From assembly GCA_963693365.1 (NCBI GenBank), contig CAVNZM010000007.1:667979-731978 (forward strand): DNA of 64,000 nucleotides. Reading direction: 5' to 3'. The DNA comes from Amoebidium appalachense (lineage: Eukaryota > Protista > Ichthyosporea). Under the pieces are notes generated by a model. The model had not been told where the DNA came from and did not search any database. It worked only from the letters and a program-made list of their open reading frames with translations. The translations under genes and the position numbers were made by a program. Shown in pieces: positions 45,364 through 64,000 of the stretch (position 1 is its first letter; each line of letters opens with the position of its first letter).

Positions 45364-46568
45364 TGTGTGCCTGTGCCTGCACGTACGACAATGGTGCGGC
45401 CGACGATGCTGTGTGGGCCGCTGAGGGTCAGCAGGTGGTCCTTGAGGTCCACCTTGGCCACCCCGCTGGCATCCGCAGTCACGTTGCCAAGATCCCCCAC
45501 GTGCCTAAAAACACGTGTCAGTCACGTGATCTGTGTGATTGTCGTAGCATCTCACGAGACACAGCAACCGGGGTTCGACAAGGTCTGTATGCCGCAGTAA
45601 TGGTAGTGGGAGTATCATTCGAGAGATTGGACGTGGGGAGGCGGAGGGAGGGGGGGGGGGGGGGGAGGGGATTATAGTGTATGAAGCACAAGTTTGCGAC
45701 AAGTGGACAAGTTCATGTGTGCAGAGAAAAGAATGCAACCTGTTTAGAGCCCATCTTCAAAGGGGGCCCAACACATGCATAGTAGACGGGGGGGGGGGGG
45801 GGGGGGGGATTCTCTCTCTCTCTCTCTCTCTCTCACCTCCTCCCGGGAAATGCCTATTTTGTCTAAAAACTTCAGTGTTTCTCACAACAGCTTGTGTTAC
45901 CTAACCCCCCCCCCTCCCCCCCCCCGCGCTGCCCTGTACACAACACCGTATGATATCAAAGAAAGCAAAATGATAACGGACACAAGCCGGGAAATAGGCG
46001 TTGTGTGTGCTCATGGGGGTACGGATGGGAGGGGAGAGGGGAGAAGGGGGGTATATTGGCCGAGCCGGTAGGGGGGGGGGGGGGGGGGGGGGGGGGAGAT
46101 TTGAGAACAAAGAAGGAAGGGATAAGAAGAACCCAGGCAAGAAAACACTGTAACGCCAAATCTTTACACGAGAAGCTCTAAAGATACGTCGAAGCCCAAG
46201 AAGAACGAGAATGCCCTGTCCCCGAAGTACCATAAGATGCAGCCAAGAGTGTCATAGTATAGGTTGTAAGGGGAGGAAGGGACTCTCAGCAGCAGCAGCA
46301 GCATGACCGGCGGGGGGGGGGGGGGGGGGGGGGGGACAAACCTCTCCTCATCGGTGGGGGCACCGTGGGTCTTGCCAGTGGGGTTGAAGTGGGGGCCAGC
46401 ACTGGTGCAGCCCTGGGTGTTGTCACCAAACTGGTGCACGTGGAAACCGTGCTCACCCGGTGTCAGGCCGGTAATCTCACCAGTAACATGAACACCACCC
46501 TCCACGGTCTTGAAGTAAACTGTGCCCTTGGTGGCACCATCACCACGGAGAACTGCAACGGCAGACAT
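44113..46568 (-). CDS. SOD1: Cu/Zn superoxide dismutase; exons 46568-46342, 45504-45387, 44220-44113
   Basis: 150 aa after splicing: [56 protein letters not shown]. Confidence 0.97.
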
Positions 46569-48473
46569 TCTGCGAGTTGAAAAATTGTGTTAGAAGATGG
46601 GGTAGATGGGAGCCTGAGGTGGCGAGGGAGAGTAGATGAAGGGAGGACCGTTAAGGTAGGATGGGGGCAAGAGAAGGGGTGGGAGGGAGAAGGGGGTGAG
46701 GGAGACCGTTAAACGTTTTGATCAAACATAGAAGAAGGCAGAGAGAACCAAAAAACTGACAGAGAGAGCAAAAGATTATAGTGTTGTTGGTCGATAAAGA
46801 ATACTTAAACTTGTTAAGACGACCAAAATTACACACCTGTCAAAAGGCCAAAATGAAAACCACGCAAATGCATCAAGGAGAGGTAGGGCACCAAAAAAAA
46901 GACTAAAACCGTACTCGTTCGTTGCATGCACATTCCCAACCACACATAAACCTTACCAACACCTTTAACAACCCTGTAACCTCTCCACACAAGCAATAAC
47001 AGCCGTACACCTCCCTCCCTCCCTCAACTTACCTGTTTAGTTTGGCAGAGACACACGCGGAGGAGACGAAGGTGGACTGACACAAAGAGGAAAAGGTCGC
47101 GAAAAGAAAGGGGCCACACCTCGGAGCCAATCAGAAATCGAGCTCTTGACCGCCCAGACCTTATTTGGAATACCGAATTTTGATCATACATACAGAAACT
47201 GAATGCGTAAATACAAATATGCTACCTTTTAGACCCCAGGGCTAAAATATTTTTTGGTTAAACCCTCTTATTTGATGTTTTTCTGGTTGCAGCTGCCTAA
47301 CCCCTTCGTCACACACCGATAAAACACAGTGGGCTTCGGCGACTAATGGCACATGCAACGGACTTCCGCCGCCTAATTAGACTTCGGCAAAAATCTTCAG
47401 ATTGAATAAAATTAAACCATCCGTTATAGCATGAATTACCGTATATGATTGGTTTATAACGATCGGCTGCATACATCATTTAGAGTTGGGACATGATTGT
47501 TTCGAAATCGGCTTACCCTTTTCCCGGAAAACAGGGCCAGCTTGTATTACTTTCAACCCGCCAAAGTTTGGTGTTTTTATTTTTGTCTTCGAATATATAA
47601 GAGTAATAAAGAAAGAAAAGAATACAAACATTTTTTTATAGAACTGTAGTTCAAAAAAACAGTCCCCTAGGCAAAGGTTAGCGGCGCCGCAGCTCAAATC
47701 TATGAAATTGATCATGTTTTCGAGTATGTAGATCGACAATTCGAACCCTGAAATACGAAATCTAACGGTTGCGTGACTTGGACCGGCAAGATGCAACCAA
47801 AAGGGGTCGTTAGACTCAGTAGGGTAATTCAAGGTCTATAGACAAACAAACCGTGGTGGTTGGTGCATTAAAAATAGCAATTATAACAAATATCTTTAGA
47901 GAAGTGTAAAACTATGAAAAAACTTGTACTCTAGCGCGAATGTGTCAAGATTTTTCATAGTACGATTCAAAAATTATACGAATTTCTTGGCAAAAGCACT
48001 GATAATCTACAGTCAAAAACCAAAGGGAAAAAAATTTAAAATAGAAAAACCTATAGATATTTTTTACTTTTTATTTTTCCGTTTGTTCTTTTTGTGTTTT
48101 TTTTAAGTGTCCAAAGCATTTTGACGGGTCCATGTTTTATACCTCACGTTCTTGTTTTTGTTAATCTACTGGTATGATTTCAAGAAGCCAGATGATCGAT
48201 CATAAATGTTTGCACGACTCCTGATTGTTGCGGATCTGATTGGGCGGCTTACGTCACTGGGAAAAGACGTCTGCAGACAAAAAGGTGCCACGGTGGCGGT
48301 TACCGCCTCAGACTCCTCCGGCCGAGGCTGTGTCTCTGTGTATCATGAAACAAATATGCAGGCGTAGTCCCTCTTAATGTTGTTACTGAATGGCTTGAAC
48401 GTGGCACATTGCCTCGTGAAGCTTCGGCGCCAATGCTCCCTTCCCGGCCCCCCCCCCTCCCCCCCCCCCACCC

Positions 48474-48660
48474 CCTCCTTCTTCATCTCCCGGCCCCTCC
48501 TCTCAGGCTCTACGTATTGGCACCCGACCACACTCGTGTGACCTCCCCCCCCCCCCTCCCCCTCCCCCCCCCCCCCCCCCCCCCCCCCTCCTTCTTCATC
48601 TCCCGGCCCCTCCTCTCAGGCTCTACGTATTGGCACCCGACCACACTCGTGTGACCTCCC
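48474..48660. repeat. Direct duplication of a ~70-bp unique segment separated by a poly-C tract
   Basis: CCTCCTTCTTCATCTCCCGGCCCCTCCTCTCAGGCTCTACGTATTGGCACCCGACCACACTCGTGTGACCTCCC occurs twice. Confidence 0.85.
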
Positions 48661-49870
48661 CCTCCCCCTCCCCCCCCCCTCCCCCCCCCTCTCCCCCTTC
48701 CCTCCCCCCCCCCCTCCCCCTCTCCCCCCCCCCCCCCCCCCCCCCACCACCCACCCACCCACACACACACACACACATGGGTGTACGTGCACACATGCCA
48801 TATACCGTGTGACACTCTGCCTCCACCCGGATCCGATGATACCGCGGGCACTTGGGAATTGCTGCACCCAGCCTCTCTCTGGGCCCTGCAGTCAAACCCC
48901 ACTGCACGCCACCTCGAACCTTTACTCTCTTCCGAAGCTTTGAGAGACCAGTCCGTTTGCAATTGCGTATAATGATGTGAAGCTATTTGTTTGTGCCCGT
49001 CTATTTTACATCTGTGCATGAAGCCTGCTCGGAAAACGAGACATACATATGCATAGTGATGATACGCAAGACGCAAGATGATCTTCGTAACCACAGGCCT
49101 AGTTTAGATCTGCAGGCCGCGGAAACACTTAGTTGGAGCTCGTGTGGCATACGTGCATTCTTTCTGGCCGTACACGTCACAGTTGTGTGCATACTGTGAC
49201 GAGTGCCAGGTGTCGTTATGTTCCCACCCGATCATTCTTTGTTCTGTGTTGGGCGGCCACGTAGTGACTACGGAAGTAGCATACTTTTTTTGGAGTTCCT
49301 GGCTCCTCGTACTTGAAAATTTTCTCAGTCGAGCCCAAGCAACTTGGGGTGCTATATTATGGAAGGAACAGGTCACTTCGGATGTCAGACTCTAAATTTC
49401 TAAAGCAAACATGGCAAATTATTGGTGAATGGAACCGTCTCAAAGTTGGGAACTCAGTGATTACCGATACTTAGCCTTGAAACACGTAGAGTGGACGTAC
49501 GTAGTATAGCAACAGAGCAGACAAAAAAAGACTTATGAAGTAAACTAAACAAGATGGCACCTGCCTGCACATTTGCTTTGGCATGCAGTGGTGCTGTTGT
49601 GTGGAGTCGAAAGGACTAAAGTTTCTTTTGGCAAAAACACTGAATCAAAGCAATATCACAACTGCTACATACAGCCAGTCACTTTCCTTAACATGTTTTC
49701 AAGAAATGCCACATGGTGCTTTTCTTTCAACTGAATACACAGAACACACCTTATTAGTCATTGAAATCAATAGAAATTATAAATCCAGATATTTTTCGAG
49801 TTTTATAGCACAGTTCAACAGAAAAGCACTTACGCCATCGCACCCACTCCAAACCCACCAAAAGAAACCA

Positions 49871-51187
49871 TCACTCCATGGGAACACATCCACCCCTTTC
49901 CGGTGCATTTTGCCATGCAACCACCTCCTGCCTGCACTGTGAATACTCCTGGCCAGTAACGGGTGCACTCTCAACTCTGCGCACAAACTTATTTCTGCTG
50001 CGCGCATGTGGCGGCAGCGCAGCATCTACCTCCACCTCCTCCAGCATGGGTTGTGATGTTATTGCAGGTGGTGCGCTTGTTGGTTGATAATGAGCATAGG
50101 ATGGGGGTGGTGGGTATGGGGTAGGGACCGAGCTTTGAGGGGCAGGCCACGAATATTGACTGTTCGAAGTGTCCCAATCAGGATTGGATTGGCTGGAAAC
50201 AGGAGGGTACGTGTCATTGGCGGGCGGTACACATGGCGGGGGTGCACTCCATGCGGGGGTATCCTCAGAGGGGTGGGAGCCATGCGCTTGTGCTGTCTCC
50301 GTGGAGTATTGTTGAGGGCAGGAGAGTTGGCGTGTCACCTGGAGATGATCTGTGGAAACTTGGTGGTTGTAGTGATGCCACCTCGCGGGTCGGGGATAGA
50401 CTGGGGTTGAGGTAGGGGCGGAAAGAGGAGCAACAAGGGGCCATTTGGGCTGCAATTGTGGCGCCGGCTGGATCATAGGTTCCGGCGTGCGGGCAGGCAC
50501 AATGGGAAGATCGTCTGGGTCTATTGGTTTGTTTGGGTTGGAGTCCTGGCGTGCCCGTGGGCCTCGGTATGCATGCTTGATGCGTAGGTGGTTCCTGTGT
50601 GAAGGAGTGGTTGTTAGCAAGAGAGGAAAGTATTCTCAAAGGTGAAAATTGTGAAGTCCTTGCAAAGACTAAAGATGACAGAAGAAGCAGCAATTAAGGC
50701 CTTACATTAAGATGACCAAAGAATAATAATGAGCGCAAGAAAGAATTACTTGTTTGATTTATTAATTCACTCCCTAGGGATAATCTACTTACCTGAGCGA
50801 ATTTTCCGACGAGTAGAGTCTGCCACAACCGGGCCGTGGGCACTGAATTTCACGAAACCGTCTACTCTTGCTGCTGCTACTATCATTGCTGTCTCTCCGC
50901 GCCGCAGACAAAGATGCTGTTCTGACATAGTCGTTCATTCCTGTCACGTTATCTGCGTGTGCCTTAAGCCCCTGTTGCGGGCTGAGAGAATCATCACTTG
51001 CACTCAGTGTAGACGCACTCTCGAGTAGAGCCTCCCTCTTCATGTCATCGGCAGCTGCCGCTGCAGCTAGAGCCAAGGTGTGAAGGGGACTGGGGGTATA
51101 TGAACCGCCTGGGTAGAAATCTGTTTGTGCTGGCTGGGCAGGTTGGGACCCCTGGAAGGGGTAATGCGCAAGCTCCATAGTGGACAT
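49871..51187 (-). CDS. Putative transcription factor with a single C2H2 finger and Pro/Ser/Gln-rich regions; exons 51187-50793, 50594-49871
   Basis: Finger CPRPGCGRLYSSENSLR|NHLRIKH is completed across a phase-2 GTAAGT...CAG intron with a GCTAAC branch point. Confidence 0.8.
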
Positions 51188-52855
51188 AGAGAAAAAATGC
51201 GTGTCGTTGTGCGTGCTGTCAGGGGGCCATGCAGGTCACTGTAAGCCCATAGTAACTTAGGAAAAACGCATGCGCCTTTGTGTTGTACAATTGTGATACT
51301 AACAGATAAAAGGACAGGAAAAATCCTATTAGAGCTCACTGTGCCAAGGCCTAGCCCAAACAAAGCAAGTAAATTTCATCACCGTCTCTGCAGTGTGAGT
51401 GCACCGCAGAAACCAAACGACGTTTTGATGACGGAAAAAATGGATTGGTGGCCCGGCCGGCATTCACGCAGTGACACGCACCCGGGCCAGCCACAATCGA
51501 GCGCTGTAATTAGTTGAGAGGTTCTAGGGTTGCTGTGTGAGTCTTGAATATGATTGGCTTGTTTGGTGAAATGAATGGGGTAAAGGAATGTGCTGCTGCG
51601 CTCGTCTGCGCTAACATAATTGCTAGCTATGATATTTAGCTAATCATAGACGAATAAAATGTACGATTAACGGGGGGTTGTCGGGAGAAGGCGTTTATTA
51701 GCTCATAATTTTGATATTTCGTGCACATAAGTATCTAAATAGCTCTAAAAATACTATTTAATGATAATTTTAAACGATATACATGCTGTTTAAAGGCTCA
51801 AACGCTGCCACTAGCTACCAGGCATATTTGTGCAATTAGACTCCTGATTCATCTGTCGCAGGATGATTGGCTTGTGGCACTTCCTGTTTGCCGGTTGGGA
51901 AAATACCACTGGATGATTGACAATATTAATGAAGGCGAGACAATCGGCCCTGCGAAAATGTTGTGATAAAGTGCTGACTTTTCTAATAGAACCGCTTAGC
52001 TTTGTTCGCAAAATGTTAGAAAAGGCGTAAAAAGATTCTGTATGATCTAATGCAGAAATTTCACATGCATAGAAACAAAAGAAAAGACCGAACCTTTTTG
52101 ATTGGTTGTTGGAATGAAAGCCAATGGCCATTGACTATGGCATTTTGCTTTTTTAGGCACTCGGCGTTAAGATTGGCGGAGAGAGCAGCTAAATGGAATG
52201 CGCATAATTGTTGACAGTTGTGGTTCACCGTTTTCATTTAGTAAACGTCAGTGGCTTCAGGAATGAACAAGGTCAAGAATGCCCCTTTCTGTACTCAAGT
52301 GCAATTGCATGGGGCAATAAAGGGCAAATGACTTGACTCAAGAGCTTCCATTTTGCTATGCTCCACATTTTTCACAGTGTACTGTTGTGAAGTGATCTCG
52401 CTATGCCTCGAGTACACAGTGTGAACCCCACATGCCGAAATGCTTCAGTTCATGTTCAAGTGTCATACACGGTGTGCGTGTGTTTTGTCCCTCCACGCGT
52501 GTGCCTCGGTGACATGCATATGCCAGTAAATTAGGCAGTAATGTACCGTGCAGGCGAAGTTCGGCCAGGCTCATAGCTGCACCAGGCTATATGAAAAGGC
52601 CCATCAAAAATCACGGTAACAGTTCTGAAAGTTTCAAATGATCATGCTACTCTATCTGCCATACATACACTGGACCCCTGTCAAAATGGTAATAACATGG
52701 CATACTGTGGCTGGGTTTGTAAAAGGCCACCACCATTACCACAGCTACTAGGGTTCGTGTGCAAGAGGAAATGCAAGAAATGCAAACCAAAATAACTGAC
52801 CAGGCGTCCACACACGTATGGCTGAGATCAAATCCCACTTGTCGCATAATTCGTG

Positions 52856-52938
<83 letters not shown>

Positions 52939-53092
52939 GCACACACGCACGCACACACACACACACACACGCGCACACACGCACACACACACACAACACA
53001 CACACACACACACACACACATGTCACAACATACACCCACACATGCACAAACACACACACACATGCACACACACACACACACACACACACGCA

Positions 53093-53131
<39 letters not shown>

Positions 53132-53189
53132 CGTGGTACACAGAAAAACAGAGGAACACACGCACACACAGGAGCACACACACGCATAC

Positions 53190-53223
<34 letters not shown>

Positions 53224-53314
53224 CCCCCTCCCCCCCAACACACACACACCATGATACAGGAAAACATAGGAGCACAAACACACACACGCACACACGCACA
53301 CAATAACACACATG

Positions 53315-53345
<31 letters not shown>

Positions 53346-53474
53346 ATACACACAAGCACACACACATACACATACACACACACACACAGACACGCACACG
53401 CAAACACACACAAGCGACACAAATAAAGGCATAACCAGGCACACAAGCAGTAGGCGCGCGCACACACACACGTT

Positions 53475-53561
<87 letters not shown>

Positions 53562-54239
53562 GCGCTCGCGCACGCACTCGGGCACACACTAGCCTTACGT
53601 ACGGTGACACGCATGCATATGCATGCACACATACGCCTTTGTTTGCACCACTATGAACAATGCATCGTTTTCTTCTAACTCGATGTCCAACGGCACACAC
53701 ACCACTGGTCAGCTGTACTGCCAACGAACACCTTTCCGATGTTCTCATAAAATAGGTCATAATCTCTGCCTGATTTTACCAAAGCATTTGAGACCCCGAG
53801 CAAGCGTACATTATAAAGGGGTAAGCACGATGATAGTTGCTGAGCCCTGCTTGATTTTCACAACTAAAGAGAAACTTTATATTATTAACCCTTCAAGTTC
53901 CCACACACTTTTGCATGACATTGTCCTTCTAGTGTTTGTTCTTTATCTGTTGGAAGTGTGCCCTGCAATTTCCAAGATGGATTGTCTTTCCATTGATGGG
54001 TCATGTGTGTCCATCTTCATTATCATGCTTCCCCACCATTTCAACCGCAAGCAGACTCATTGCCGGATATATTTTTGCCAAATTTCATGCTGTAGCTTTA
54101 TGCATCTGTGATGGGGAGGTCCGGAAACTTGACTTGCAAAGCCACATGCTAGAGTAATAATTTACAAGGGTTAAAAAGCGGTTTTCATTACCGGGATATG
54201 TGGCTAGCTATAGCTAACCCAGCATTCGATACTTTTATT

Positions 54240-54496
54240 CCCCTCTTCCGGCCGGCACTAATTGATTTGACCGGCAGCCGGCCAGCTCTAAACAGCTGTA
54301 AAAGCTAAACAACTCTATTGCGCCTCAATATCGAAAGAAAAAGCTCAAACAAATTTTAGATATCGACACGCATACTTACCTACATACGTTTCTAAGTTGG
54401 TTTGGGGAAAATATCATTATTTCGTATACTTTTGTATCGGTTTCTGTGTTTCTGAAGTGATTTATCTAGGGAAATTTGCCGGTAAAAACAGGTTAA
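54240..54496. mobile_element. Degenerate piggyBac-MITE relic related to 23425-23977
   Basis: Shares AAACAACTCTATTGC...CTCAAA and AATATCATTATTTC...TATACTTTT...TTTCTGAAGTGA blocks; ends CAGG|TTAA. Confidence 0.6.
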
Positions 54497-55061
54497 AGTA
54501 GATTTTACTTCCTGTTATGGTATTTCTTGGGCTCGGGTGGGGTCGCAGCCCTAGGGAGATACGTCATGGACGGCCCGGGGGGGGGGGGGGGGGGGGGGGG
54601 GGGGATGTACAAGGGGGGTTGTTTGCATGAGCATGATAGTTGCCAGACTATTGAGACGACACGAATATGACATCTTCATTCGGATTTAGAGTACTAGTGA
54701 TGTAATTATATCGGCACCATGAACATATGCACTCCTTGTATCACTTTGTCATCATATGTTCAATTTATTTCTGAGTCGGCTGTTGTGTATTGTCATGTAC
54801 ATCACATTGGAACTTTAGCTCATCAAGATGAATTTGCAATGAAGTTGGTCGTGCACAACCAACTCTTGCATACAGTGTATGAAACACTAGTGGTTAAGTG
54901 GGTGCTCTCATAATCACGGTCGACGGAATCACCGTGCACCATGGACATATGCATGCTGTATCTGGGTTTGCTTTAGATCTAAAGCCGTTTGGAAAATATT
55001 ACTGTGTGCAATAAATTTCGGAAAACTTGCGAATGCTTGGAGTCAGAGCCCTCCCCCCCCC

Positions 55062-55146
<85 letters not shown>

Positions 55147-55725
55147 ACACACACAGTCACTCACAGTCACGCACACACCAACACATGCACCGCACCCACC
55201 AGCCCCCTCCCCCAACTGCCACCGCCTGCACTTCTGTGTCAGAGAAGCATCAGTCACCATGTGGCGAAATAATGGCATTTGTTGCGTGACGTGGTGGCCT
55301 GGGTAGGTGTGGACGTGCCTGAGCCCCGGGGGGGGTGTGGGCTGAATTTTCGGGTAGCTATGTTGTTAGGATGTCTTGGGGGGTTGAAAGGAGGGAGGTG
55401 GACAGTAAAGAGAGAGGGCTCCAGGCGGAGTGACAACGGCCTCCGGGGAAAAGAAAAGAGGGGTGGGGGTGGGGGGGGTACATAGAGGCCCATGGGCAAG
55501 TTGAAAGATGCATACTTCAAGTTATGACTCAAGGGCCCTTAATGGTGGTAGGAATCCACCGGGGTGGAAACCGGATCTGATACGAAATACTTATTAACTT
55601 AAACTTTAAAAGAGGTTAATAAATAGTAAAGATTGGTGTTTTAACTGTAGGTGGTTATCGTGATACTGCTGTTTCCCTTTGATGTCAATAGAGGTGAGTG
55701 GGATCGGCAATACAGTGTACTCGTG

Positions 55726-55785
<60 letters not shown>

Positions 55786-55948
55786 GCACCACGATTTTTC
55801 CACCCTCAAAGTACAACTCGCTTACACTAATATTCTTCCACTCACCCTCCTGTAAATATCTCCCCCCTCCCTCCCCCCCCCCCCTGCCTCCTCTCCTCCC
55901 CCGTGCAAACCCCCCCCCACCTCCCTTCCCCCCCCCCCCTCCCTCTCA

Positions 55949-55980
<32 letters not shown>

Positions 55981-56304
55981 ACACACACACACACACACAT
56001 CTTGGAACTTTGCCACAGGGACTGCTCCCGCCACCACCCGTTAGCCGACGGACCATACCATGGCATCTCAATATCACAGTAGCCTTCAATTATGAATTTA
56101 CATTTTACAGTCAATCATCTTTCGACCCCATACTCTCGGGTGATTTAAATGGGGGTCGCAACATGTGTGTGTGTGTGTTTTTGGAAGTCCAGGGTTAGGG
56201 GGGAAGATGGGGGGAGGGGAGGGGGGCTGGGTAGATAATCTGATAAGGCTTCTATGAAATGCAAACCGTTGATTCTTCAACGATTGGGCTCTGGTGCCAG
56301 TGAT

Positions 56305-56362
<58 letters not shown>

Positions 56363-56436
56363 ACCACCACCACCACCACCACCATCACCACCACCACCAC
56401 CACCACCACACACCTACATAATAATAGTCCCCCCCC

Positions 56437-56506
<70 letters not shown>

Positions 56507-57189
56507 TTCACCACCACCACCACCACCACTACCACACACCTAAAAAATGTGCCCCCCACCACCACAACCAACACACAAAACCAACACACAATCACCAACA
56601 CCCCCTTACCCCCGCCATATGTGTCGGCCCTCCGGGCCCGGGACCCCCCACTCGACCACGTGCACCGTAGGGGGGTTTCGAAAGACCGTGCAAGGGCAGG
56701 TTCGTGTGTCGGTCGGGGCCAGAGCTAAAGAGGTCGCACAAAAGTTTTTTTTTTTTGTTGAACGGTTGTGTGTGTGTGTACACGTGTGTGTGTGGGTGTG
56801 TGTGTGTGTGTGTGGGTGGGTGGGTGGGTGGGTGGGTGGGTGTGGATGTGGGTGTGGGTGTGGGTGTGTTAAGTTTGCGTCAGTGCGTGTGTGCGTGTGC
56901 GTGCAGACGGTGTTTGTGTGTCGCCATGTTGGGTAGTGTGTGTGAAAAGCTGTGGGTGTCTGTAGGTGTGTGTGTGTGTGTATTGATGTGCGTGTGTATT
57001 GATGTGTGTGTGTATTGATGTGTGTGTGTGTATTGATGTGTGTGTATATTGATGTGTGTGTGTATATTGATGTGTGTGTGTGTATTGATGTGTGTGTGTG
57101 TATTGATGTGTGTGTGCATTGATGTGTGTATTATGTATGTTTTGTGGGGGTGTGGGGGTGCCCTGGTGGCCATGGGTTGGGCCCGCCGG

Positions 57190-57274
<85 letters not shown>

Positions 57275-57532
57275 GTGTGTAGACTACTTCGCGTGTGTGT
57301 GCGTGTGCGCTCGCGGCGTGTGTGAGTGGGTGGGTGGGTGACCCGGTATTTTGATCCGATGAGTGAGTGGGGACTCCAAGGCGCCTGTTGCACAGCACTC
57401 CCATAGTATGCATCTCTCTTTTTGCCATCCCCCCCCACCCCCCCACCCCCCCCCCCCCCCCTACCCCTACATTTCTCTCTCCCCGAGGCTCTCGTTCAGC
57501 CATTGTGCCAATGTATACGACTATCCGATATG

Positions 57533-57581
<49 letters not shown>

Positions 57582-57582
57582 C

Positions 57583-57649
<67 letters not shown>

Positions 57650-58626
57650 TGCGCTGCGCGTGCAGGCGTGTCAAATTGTGCTCGAGGTCAGCCCATGGCC
57701 ATGGCCAGCTCTGCACACCGCCAAAAAGCATCGGCCCGGGGCTGTGCCGGAAGATATCGGGACATACACACTGCAGAATACGGCGCACTACCAACCACCC
57801 ACAACACGCTGAACATATAAAAATGTGTTTAATAAATTACCATATTATTTACGATCATCGGGACTCTAATCATAATTATGTACGATGGACTACGTTACGC
57901 ATAATGTGTCTATATCATATCATGCAACACGTAAACACATTCTCACGTCATATCACTATGGTATATCACGTCTGAAATTTGCACCATAGCACTGGCTGGT
58001 AGCCTAACACAAAAACCTATACTCTAACCAATCAATTAACCCCATGGGGTGTCTAAAGATTTTATATCCCTCTTTGAATTTTATCGAAGTAATAGTAGCA
58101 CAGCAACTCGCACCAGTGTGGTTGAAAGGATAATCCAACGCTGAGCCATTCATACACAGTTGTTAGTATTCAATGATTAAATTTTAACGGCCCTAAATGA
58201 TTTGTTGTCATATCTAATACTAGTTATACTGATATCTATTATTATCATAATATTAGCACTGGGTTTGCATCACCCTTCAAAATCTCGGTTTTCATTGCAA
58301 GAAAATAATCATTTACATACAAATGCGCGTGTGCCCACGTCCTACCTTTAAAGTGTTTTTGGCGTTTAAATATAGCTTTACATCCCGTGGTAATGATTTG
58401 ATTTTCGGAGGATTAAATATACTAGGCTATCATGCATGTTACTATTGTGCAAACCGTTTGGAGACAAATAACTTAATTAAATGAATTTTCCTAATCGTTC
58501 TAATTCAATACTAAATGCTAATCAGAAAAAAAAGTGGATAAGAGAACGGGCTCTACTGTTTATGAACATTTAAATCAACACAGCTAACACTGTTGGCTCG
58601 ACTGACCGATTTCCAGTGTGTGTGCG

Positions 58627-58724
<98 letters not shown>

Positions 58725-58806
58725 GTGCGTGTATGTGTGTGTGTGTTGTGCGTGTAGGTGTGTGCTATTATGTGCCTTCAACTTGTGTGTACCAACAGTT
58801 GCCACG

Positions 58807-58837
<31 letters not shown>

Positions 58838-59279
58838 ACCCTAAACGCACACCCTTCTAACCCAGCCTGCGACCCTCACTATTACACAAGTGCCCAAAGG
58901 TGCTACTCACGGCTTGAAGAGGAGGAGGAGGGGGGAGGGGGGGGGGGGGGGGGGGGGGGGAGGAATACATGAGACTACAAATACAAACAGGACTGAACAA
59001 AAACCAACGAGGGGGGATTCATCTGTGACTGCGTTTAACGCCATGAATAGGGGGTATAGGGGGGCTAGGGGTTGCATCACTCCTGACGGGCTCTTGGTGG
59101 CGGCTGCTGTGTGGGCTGTGGTTGGGGGGCCATGGAGGGGGGTCCGTTCGTCTACCGTGCGAAATTTCGCTCCCCCTATACTCGCGGCGGTCGTAGTCTC
59201 TATAGTAACTTTCATGTGGTGGGGGCCGAGGAGGTTGATGGATGGGGGGTAACCTTTCGTCGTGCGTTGAAAATTCTTT

Positions 59280-63461
<4,182 letters not shown>

Positions 63462-63476
63462 CTGTATGATTGTGTG

Positions 63477-63561
<85 letters not shown>

Positions 63562-63631
63562 TGTGTGGTGTGTGTGTACGTGTGTGTGTACGTGTGTGTA
63601 CGTGTGTGTACGTGTACGTGTGTGTACGTGT

Positions 63632-63667
<36 letters not shown>

Positions 63668-64000
63668 CCGGTTTGTGTTTGTGTGTGTGCGTGTGTGTGC
63701 GCGCGCGTGCGGGTGCTTTGGAGGGGTGGAGGGGTGGAGGGGGGCAGGGGGGGGGGGGGGGGAGGAGGAGGGGAGGAGGGGTCGTCAGATGCCACAGATG
63801 TAACAAAACTCGAGGTACCAACAAAAGCCCACACACACACACACACTGTGACACATGCGTGTACACACATCCCTGCACCTAACCACCCACACGCACCCAC
63901 ACGTGCGCACCGTCACAAATACCGTCACACTGTAATAAACACGCGCATACGCGCACGCGCACGCACACATGCACACACACACACACACACACACACACAC

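Noticed and set aside
55200-57800. Possible short minus-strand exons between microsatellites
   Set aside because: Candidate splice sites exist, but I could not build a consistent reading frame or recognise a domain.

Overview
Eukaryotic (protist-like) genomic DNA in two sharply different compartments. (1) About 1-12.9 kb is gene-dense, intronless and almost free of microsatellites, and looks like the end or interior of an endogenous DNA virus or large mobile element. It holds the 3' end of an SF3 (D5/DUF5906-like) primase-helicase, a 6-finger C2H2 protein, a frameshifted double-MYND protein and several coiled-coil ORFans with TATA/CCAAT promoters. It also has three iteron-like inverted repeats and a ~6.2 kb cassette (6249-12490) bounded by long inverted arms built from 92/93-bp tandem units. 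In that cassette two ORFs with similar architecture converge on a ~1.2 kb array of TTAGGG-containing 21-29-bp repeats. (2) About 13.6-64 kb is host chromosome with spliced genes: GT61 glycosyltransferase, atypical Ser/Thr kinase, alpha/beta hydrolase, SMAP/KNOP1-like protein, Cu/Zn SOD1, a C2H2 factor and a PAS-domain protein. Their introns are packed with poly-C/poly-G, (CA)n and (GA)n tracts, and there are piggyBac-type MITEs. Most long ORFs in the ORF track beyond 14 kb are microsatellite artefacts. All calls come from reading the sequence by eye; no database search was run.
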